A stretch of 64,000 bases of DNA, taken from assembly GCA_964518475.1 (NCBI GenBank), contig CAZFGR010000001.1, forward strand, positions 338,641-402,640. Direction: 5' to 3'. The notes below the pieces were generated by a model, which had not been told where the DNA came from, searched no databases, and saw only the letters and a program-made list of their open reading frames with translations. Shown here in pieces: positions 57,613 through 64,000 of the stretch. The DNA comes from an uncultured Nitrososphaerota archaeon (lineage in GTDB: Archaea; Asgardarchaeota; Njordarchaeia; Njordarchaeales; Njordarchaeaceae). Within the stretch, counting starts at the first letter, position 1. Every line of letters begins with the position of its first letter. The translations under genes and the position numbers were made by a program.

Positions 57613-58618
57613 CTATCTTCGTAAAAAGCGATGGATTATGGTTTCTGGTAAAGGCGGGACTGGGAAAACAACAACAGCAGCGGCTATAGGTATTAAACTG
57701 GCAGAGGAAGGTTACAAAACAATAATTATTAGTCTAGATCCAGCGCATTCTCTTAGTGATTCACTGATGATAAAAATTGGTCCTGAAATTAGGAAAATAG
57801 AGGGATTCGATAGTAATCTGTACGCGCTAGAGTTTAATCCTACGGTTTTGTTCATGGAAGAGAAAGAGAAACTAGAGGCTATTCTTCAGACACCAGATCT
57901 TGGAGAAATGCAGATTCCGCCAGAAATTTTGGAGTTAGTGATAGGAGGAGAGCTATTACCCATAGAGTTCGCAGAGGGTATTGGTTTTATTAAATTGTTC
58001 GAAATAATGAAAGATTCCGATTATGATAAGATTATTTTTGATACAGCACCTACGGGGCATACACTTAAACTTTTGGAGCTTCCTGATTATTTAGATACAT
58101 TCTTGGGAAAAATGATAAAGGTTCAGCTTAGATTATCTAGCCTTTTCCATACTATCAAAATGTTTCTTGGACTAACTAAGGAACCGGATACAGCAAAACA
58201 AGCGCTAGAGCTTCTTGAAATGCTTAAAAATATAGTGAGAGATTTGAAAGCAACAATAAGGAACAGAGAGAAAAGCGAGTTCATTGTAGTTACTATTCCA
58301 ACAATGATGAGTATTTACGAAAGTCTTCGTCTTGTTGGAGAGTTAGATGCTTATGAAATACCGAATGAGTTCATTATTGTAAATATGGTTAGAATATATA
58401 GTGGTGAATGTAATTTTTCAACTTCTCTGGCTAGAATGCATCGAAAGAGTCTAGAAGAAATTTCTCGTGAATTCTCGGATAAGAAAATATTAGTTGTGCC
58501 TTTTTTCGCTAGAGAGATAAGAGGAATAGAACAGCTTAAAAAAGTAGCGAATTACTTAGAATGGTTCACTATTGAGGAAGCTTTTAAGGCGTACGAGAAA
58601 GGGGTGAGTATAGATTGA
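57602..58618 (+). CDS. ArsA/GET3 (TRC40)-family ATPase
   Basis: GKGGTGKTT, SLDPAHSLSD, FDTAPTGHTLKLL; single domain. Confidence 0.9.
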   Translation: MLFDYLRKKRWIMVSGKGGTGKTTTAAAIGIKLAEEGYKTIIISLDPAHSLSDSLMIKIGPEIRKIEGFDSNLYALEFNPTVLFMEEKEKLEAILQTPDLGEMQIPPEILELVIGGELLPIEFAEGIGFIKLFEIMKDSDYDKIIFDTAPTGHTLKLLELPDYLDTFLGKMIKVQLRLSSLFHTIKMFLGLTKEPDTAKQALELLEMLKNIVRDLKATIRNREKSEFIVVTIPTMMSIYESLRLVGELDAYEIPNEFIIVNMVRIYSGECNFSTSLARMHRKSLEEISREFSDKKILVVPFFAREIRGIEQLKKVANYLEWFTIEEAFKAYEKGVSID

Positions 58619-60153
58619 GTAAAAATGAGAATTTATTGGAGAAAATATTTGAAATAGCTACTCGACGTGGCTTCTTTATACCAACAGCGGAGATCTATGG
58701 TGGTCTAGCGGGGGCTTTTGACTACGGACCTATAGGCACTTTGATGAAGCGTAAAATAGAAAGACTTTGGCGAGAGATTTTCATCGTTGATGAAGATAAT
58801 GTATGGGAAATTGATGGGAACGTTATTCTTCCGGAGAGAGTACTTATTGCGAGTGGACATGTGGATAATTTCGTAGAACCAGTAACGCAGTGTAAGAAGT
58901 GTAGTACGGTTTACAGGGCTGATAAACTCGTCGAAGAATTGTTAAATATTTCTGGGGAGGGTCGATCGCCGGAAGAACTTCAGAGAATTCTAGCAGAAAA
59001 CAATATTAAGTGTCCAGCTTGTGGAGGAGAATTAGGCGAAGTGAGAGTATTTAATGTAATGTTTTCTTTGTTTATAGGCCCAACAGGTAGGGTTAAGGGG
59101 TATCTTCGTCCCGAAACGGCACAAAACATCTTCATTAACTTCAACAGAATATGGCTAGCGGTACGAGCGAAGTTACCATTTGCTATAGCTCAGATAGGGA
59201 AATCATTTAGGAATGAGATCTCCCCTCGGCAATTTCTTTATAGGTTGCGAGAATTCACACAGATGGAGATTGAGCAATTCGGTACGCCAGAGATATTTGA
59301 GAAGCATCCAAGATTTCATGAGGTTGCAGATATAGAAATAAATTTTGTACCCGCTAAAGGCGAGAATGCTGGTAAAACTATTAGGCTTAAAATCGGTGAG
59401 GGCGTAAAGAAAGGAATCTTTCCTAACGAGTATTTCGCCTACTATATTGGTAAAACATACTTATTTTTCAGAAGGATTGGAATTCCGGACGAAGATATAA
59501 GATTTAGGGAGATTCCCGATAATGAGCGACCGTTTTATTCTAGGATGAATGTCGATGTGGAGATCAAATTAAGCATAGGATGGAAAGAGGTTGAAGGGAC
59601 AGCGTATCGTACAGATTATGATTTAACTAGACATTCTCAGATGTCTGGTACTAAACTTGCCATTCAACACAATGGAAAAATGGTTATTCCTGAAGTTGTT
59701 GAAGCATCTTTTGGTATAGAACGAACGATACTCGCTATTCTAGAAAAATGTTACAGACCTGAAAACTATGATCGTCCCTGGGCATGGTTCGCATTCCCTC
59801 CTCACATCGCTCCTGTTTCCGTAGCAATATATCCCTTGCTTGAGAGAGAGGAAATGGTTAAAAAAGCTAAGGAGCTTTACCGAATGATGCGTAAGCGAGG
59901 TTTTGATGTTATTTTTGATGCTAAAGGATCTATCGGTAAACGTTATGCTAGAGCTGATGAGATAGGAGTACCTTTCTGTGTTACAATTGATCATGAGACA
60001 TTAGAGAATGGTACTGTGACTATTAGGGATAGGGATACTAAGGAGCAAGTTAGAGTTCCGTTGGAGGAGTTAATGGATGTTTTGGATAGACTTATATCGT
60101 CTCAGACAACATTTGAAGAGTTGAAGAAGAAATACATGGTGGTGAAAAAATGA
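58615..60153 (+). CDS. glyS: Glycine--tRNA ligase (alpha2 type)
   Basis: RRGF, DYGPIG, LRPETAQNIF, FRNEISPR, REFTQMEIE, SIGKRYARADEIG. Confidence 0.97.
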   Translation: MSKNENLLEKIFEIATRRGFFIPTAEIYGGLAGAFDYGPIGTLMKRKIERLWREIFIVDEDNVWEIDGNVILPERVLIASGHVDNFVEPVTQCKKCSTVYRADKLVEELLNISGEGRSPEELQRILAENNIKCPACGGELGEVRVFNVMFSLFIGPTGRVKGYLRPETAQNIFINFNRIWLAVRAKLPFAIAQIGKSFRNEISPRQFLYRLREFTQMEIEQFGTPEIFEKHPRFHEVADIEINFVPAKGENAGKTIRLKIGEGVKKGIFPNEYFAYYIGKTYLFFRRIGIPDEDIRFREIPDNERPFYSRMNVDVEIKLSIGWKEVEGTAYRTDYDLTRHSQMSGTKLAIQHNGKMVIPEVVEASFGIERTILAILEKCYRPENYDRPWAWFAFPPHIAPVSVAIYPLLEREEMVKKAKELYRMMRKRGFDVIFDAKGSIGKRYARADEIGVPFCVTIDHETLENGTVTIRDRDTKEQVRVPLEELMDVLDRLISSQTTFEELKKKYMVVKK

Positions 60154-60593
60154 TGGGTGTTGAGAAAGACTCTCCTAAGGTCTTGGGAATGAGTTATGAA
60201 GAGATGCTTGATAGGGCTCTAAAAAGTTTACCTAATGAGATAAAAACGCCGAGTGGAGTAGAGATTCCTAAGGCAGAGATTTTCCATGAAGCAGGGAGAA
60301 CAATAATTACGAACTGGAGAGAAATTCTGACAAAGCTAAACAGAGAGGAAAGAATCGTTCTAAGGTACTTAGAGCATAGGTTAGGAACTGTGGGGTGGGT
60401 TATAAAGGGAAGAGCAGTTTTACAGGGGTTGTATAAGAGAAGCAGAATAAATAAATTATTGGAGCTATTTGCTAAGGAATACGTAATTTGTGATGTTTGT
60501 GGAAGACCACATACTGTGCTATATAAAGAGAAAGGTCAATTAATCAAGAAATGTGAGGCTTGTGGGGCTTGGAGAGTCGTTGAGAGAATCTAA
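60150..60593 (+). CDS. eif2b: Translation initiation factor 2 beta
   Basis: YEEMLDRA, TIITNW, YVICDVCGRPHT...CEACGA. Confidence 0.92.
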   Translation: MMGVEKDSPKVLGMSYEEMLDRALKSLPNEIKTPSGVEIPKAEIFHEAGRTIITNWREILTKLNREERIVLRYLEHRLGTVGWVIKGRAVLQGLYKRSRINKLLELFAKEYVICDVCGRPHTVLYKEKGQLIKKCEACGAWRVVERI

Positions 60594-61321
60594 ACTTCTA
60601 GTGTTACCTTTTTTATAATCACTTGTTTCTTCAGAGTTGCGTCAAATCTTCTTTCGGAGTATTCATGAACTTCAGCCATAAGTCGATTCCTTAATTGTTG
60701 AGTTATTAAGCGTCCGATTCTGCGATCACTAACTCTGATATCTAGTCCTTTAGATACTTTTCTAACATCGATGAAAACGGATGGATCCGCGTGACTTAGA
60801 GCAATGTTAAGTACTTTATTTATCTCATTAATATAGTCTCTCATCTTGCTTCCAGAAAATCTGACATGAATAACATATTCAAAGTAACTACCCATTTTCT
60901 TCTTCATGCATAATGGGCAAATCGCTTTAGCAAAATTGACTGTGACTTGTGTCTCTTTTATCACCATATTATTCAATAATAGTTGAAAAGGGATAACAAT
61001 TTCTCCTTCCTCGAAGGCCTCTCTTAGGAGTTCCCTAGAAATCTCTGCGAAATGGAAGTCATATTTCCTATCTTTGTAAGGTTTCATTTTTTTAAGAGAA
61101 GACCTAACAACGGTCTTTAGGTTTTCTTGGGTAGGTTTTATCCAGGAATTCCCAAATTTTATTCTCTGGCAGAGGTTACAAATAGTGACTGTTACCTTAG
61201 GTTCCTCTCTTATCCTTGTACCATGAATCTTTGCATAACAGTCCTCGCATAGACCATGAAGTTCTGTCCTATACTGAGTTTTTTTGCCACATAGTGGGCA
61301 ACGATAACTCATTCTAGACAC
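60590..61321 (-). CDS. NMD3-family protein (short form)
   Basis: CPLCG..LCEDC..CNLC..W, ICPLC...YFEYVIHVR, GLDI. Confidence 0.8.
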   Translation of the reverse strand: MSRMSYRCPLCGKKTQYRTELHGLCEDCYAKIHGTRIREEPKVTVTICNLCQRIKFGNSWIKPTQENLKTVVRSSLKKMKPYKDRKYDFHFAEISRELLREAFEEGEIVIPFQLLLNNMVIKETQVTVNFAKAICPLCMKKKMGSYFEYVIHVRFSGSKMRDYINEINKVLNIALSHADPSVFIDVRKVSKGLDIRVSDRRIGRLITQQLRNRLMAEVHEYSERRFDATLKKQVIIKKVTLEV

Positions 61322-61408
61322 CGTGAGTGTAGTAAGAATATGTACATTTGTTAAAATACTTTTTGCTCATTAGGGATATTTTTAGAGGGCATTCGTGGTG
61401 GAGATACA

Positions 61409-62569
61409 TTGAGTGGAGAATTAGCAGCGTTTATAGATGCTTACGAGCTCTTAGTGAGTATCGGGGAGATCCACAAAAATAGGATAATTAGGAATCAGAG
61501 AAAAGAATTAATGGAAGCGTTAGAGCTATTGAAGAGTACAAAAGAAAACAATCGAACAATACACATCGCGGGCATGGGGAGATCCAGAATAGCAGGAACT
61601 ATAATTGGAGAGATGTTAAAGAACTTAGGCTATCGAGTATCAGTAATGGGCGAAACATTGGCGAAACCAGTAAAAAAAGATGATGTCGTGCTTGCAGTAT
61701 CCGCGAGTGGATGGACAACAACAACGTGTATAATGGTAGAGGGGGCAATAAGATTAGGAGCAAGAATAATAGCATTAACAGCAACGCCGAAATCAAAACT
61801 CGACAGATTAGCAGACATTACACTATACCTCCCCGGGAGAGGAATTCCTGAAGACATGCCATACGAAGTAAGACAAATAATGGGAAGACACAAGACGCCC
61901 CTAACACCCATGGGAACAGTGCCTGAGACAACCTCTATTCTAATAGGTATAGGACTGGCACAAGCATTAACAAGCACAGACCCTGTGAAAGAATTTGATA
62001 AAGCAATAACAAAGACACTTGATAACGCGAGAAAAAGCCTTAAAGAGATACTAAAGACACGAGACAACCTAGTAAAAATAATTAACACATTATCCAGCGG
62101 TGTAAAGAAACAAGATCCACAAGTATTCCTGGTAGGCGCTGGAATATGCAAACTCGTCGGATTAATGACAGCCATAAGATTCCAACATTTAGCACTAAAC
62201 GTACTTGGACTAGATGACTGGAAATTTAGGAAAAAAGAGGACATATTAATAGCAATATCGGGATCTGGAGAAAGCGTAATCCCACTGGTCTATGCCAAGG
62301 AAGCAAAAGAAACAGGAGTAAAAATATACGCAATAACAGCGAACAAAGAATCAAAACTGGCTCAAATGGCAGAAACAGCAATTATACTCCTCGACACAGC
62401 AGCGAGAGAAGAATACCTTAAACTAAAAATAAGAGACGAAAAACCAACATTCATACCAGCATTCGAATATACAGCACTAATAACACTAGAAAGTACAGTA
62501 GCCCAAATAGCGGAGAATCACGGAATACCGGAAGAAGAAATGCGATCTCTCCACGCAAATGTAGAGTAA
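61409..62569 (+). CDS. Tandem-duplicated SIS-domain protein, 6-phospho-3-hexuloisomerase-like
   Basis: Two repeats: GMGRS/SASGWT/TPMGT and GAGIC/ISGSGES/FE, ending HANVE. Confidence 0.8.
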   Translation: MSGELAAFIDAYELLVSIGEIHKNRIIRNQRKELMEALELLKSTKENNRTIHIAGMGRSRIAGTIIGEMLKNLGYRVSVMGETLAKPVKKDDVVLAVSASGWTTTTCIMVEGAIRLGARIIALTATPKSKLDRLADITLYLPGRGIPEDMPYEVRQIMGRHKTPLTPMGTVPETTSILIGIGLAQALTSTDPVKEFDKAITKTLDNARKSLKEILKTRDNLVKIINTLSSGVKKQDPQVFLVGAGICKLVGLMTAIRFQHLALNVLGLDDWKFRKKEDILIAISGSGESVIPLVYAKEAKETGVKIYAITANKESKLAQMAETAIILLDTAAREEYLKLKIRDEKPTFIPAFEYTALITLESTVAQIAENHGIPEEEMRSLHANVE

Positions 62570-63024
62570 TGCATGTTCCCTTATAGAACACGTAGTCATC
62601 ATGGAGAGTAAATGACCAATCATTATTTTTGCTAGTGGTACGAGTTTAAGGCTTAACTAGTTTTCTCAACAATCTCGAGGGTCAATACTTATCACTTCTT
62701 CTCCTCTGAGATCTTATTATGTATTCCTGTATTTATGTGAAAACTTACCATAAATTCTAATGGCAAAGTCAAATGACTATGGATACAAAACGCTTCATAG
62801 AGCTTTTTAAATTCTTCAACAGTCCCTATACAATTTCATGTTTTTTTTTTAAAAAAAAATCGAGAGAGAATGAACTATATTCGGAGTATCCGAACAATTT
62901 TTTCTTTTTATTACAATTTTCCTAAATAATTAATTGAGAACTTCATTTCAAAATCTTGGTTGAACAATCCTAGCGTAACTGTATTCGAGAATTACATAGA
63001 AATTACTGGCTATTATACAAGTCC

Positions 63025-63115
63025 AGACTCAGTCACAACCCGCATCATCATGAGAATTAACTACGACGGAATACCGCTGGCAGTAATCAGCGAAAACGTT
63101 AGAATAATCACTCTT
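63025..63115 (-). ncRNA. Probable box C/D RNA with long D'-C' spacer
   Basis: GTGATTA-TTCTAACGTTTTCG-CTGA-(35 nt)-ATGATGA-TGCGGGTTGTGA-CTGA. Confidence 0.55.
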
Positions 63116-63375
63116 AAGCAGTAAGCATTACAGAATTATCTACTCCCACCTATTTCTTTCTTTTTAAAAGACAACCATACCCAATCTCTAGAATCCACAA
63201 TTATAACACTCCCCTTACACAAAAACATTTCACTGAAAAGAAAAACAGATAAAACCACTAACCACGTGGAATAGAACTACAACAAAACGGTAAACATTAA
63301 TAAAACCCTCAACAATGAATAAACTTTAAAAGATCTCAGAATAGACAGAAAAATAATACTATTAGAAAACCACGC

Positions 63376-63451
63376 AGGGCCGTGGTGTAGTGGCCAAGCA
63401 TGCCCGCCTTTGGAGCGGGCGACCGGGGTTCGAATCCCCGCGGCCCTACCA
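63376..63451 (+). tRNA. tRNA-Gln(TTG)
   Basis: Cloverleaf, A1-U72, CCCGC-CT TTG GA-GCGGG, CCA. Confidence 0.96.
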
Positions 63452-63487
63452 CTAAACTTCCCTTAACACAGTAAAAAACAAGAAAAT

Positions 63488-63563
63488 AGGGCCGTGGTGT
63501 AGTGGCCAAGCATGCCCGGCTCTGGACCGGGCGACCGGGGTTCGAATCCCCGCGGCCCTACCA
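63488..63563 (+). tRNA. tRNA-Gln(CTG)
   Basis: Cloverleaf, identical to the TTG copy outside the anticodon arm; CCCGG-CT CTG GA-CCGGG, CCA. Confidence 0.96.
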
Positions 63564-63810
63564 TCAAAAAACAACTCATTCTCTTCATTTCTCACAAAAT
63601 CCTTACAGCTTCTTTTGAAACTGGAATTATGCATTGGAAGCATAGAGATCCTGCTTCTTTTGTATACAGAAATGGGATAGAAAAAACGCATCAATACTGC
63701 GAAAGAAATTACTTGCCTCAAAATCTTATGCGAAAAAACATAAATAAGGGTAAGGGAATACAACATAGAATCTAACAGAGACCAAAAAGTATGAAAAAAG
63801 TAATCAAGCA

Positions 63811-63824
63811 TAAAACTTATAAAT
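63811..63824 (+). promoter_or_regulatory. BRE/TATA promoter for the downstream GC-rich RNA
   Basis: AAAAC-TTATAAAT about 30 nt before the abrupt GC-rich start at 63851. Confidence 0.6.
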
Positions 63825-63850
63825 TCTGGGGAATATGGTAATAGAGATAC

Positions 63851-64000
63851 GGAGCGACCCGCCCGTCAACGCCCAGACAGGGGCGAGCAGCCCCGGAATG
63901 AAGGGCGGAAATCCACGGGTCGCAACAAAGAAAACCATAACTTAGGGACATGGGGCACCCACCAGTCGGACAACCCCGCAGAAGGCAATCGGGCCTACTC
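63851..64000 (+). ncRNA. GC-rich structured RNA, probably the pre-16S rRNA leader (5' ETS)
   Basis: Stems GCGACCCG/CGGGTCGC, CGCCC/GGGCG and GGGGC/GCCCC with a K-turn-like AGA/ATGA; window ends in ACTC, compatible with a 16S start A(C/T)TCCGGTTGATCC. Confidence 0.55.

Noticed and set aside
62841-62859. T-run/A-run palindrome
   Set aside because: Low complexity; at most a terminator-like tract, with no further support.
63452-63811. ORFs over tRNA-Gln(CTG)
   Set aside because: Shadow translations of the tRNA and A-rich spacer.
1-64000. CRISPR arrays, cas genes, IS elements
   Set aside because: No regularly spaced direct repeats, cas motifs or transposase motifs seen.

Overview
Core-genome segment of a hyperthermophilic archaeon: it has reverse gyrase, a histone, PolB1 and GC-rich tRNAs in an AT-rich background. 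Several eukaryote-like proteins (Rpb5 with an N-terminal domain, eukaryote-type PriS, a uDENN/longin-like protein, WBP1/OST48-like proteins) suggest an Asgard or closely related TACK lineage; this is inference, not verified. The window holds housekeeping genes, an A/V-type ATP synthase cluster split by top6A, 11 CCA-encoding tRNA genes (five with introns, three at position 30/31), a small decaying accessory island (37.8-42.3 kb) and probably a pre-16S rRNA leader at the right edge. The best signals are non-coding. (1) Two separate box C/D RNAs each pair one guide with the 16S 3' end (anti-Shine-Dalgarno) and the other with the 16S 908-921 central-pseudoknot region. (2) A stand-alone C/D RNA is complementary to the exon-intron junction of pre-tRNA-Trp found in this window (predicted Cm34). 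(3) An H/ACA RNA lies upstream of the aIF2alpha-nop10 operon. (4) A candidate replication origin with inverted G-string ORBs is flanked by a winged-helix gene and a tRNA rather than by orc1/cdc6. All protein calls come from motif recognition by eye; rRNA targets rely on remembered conserved archaeal rRNA sequence.
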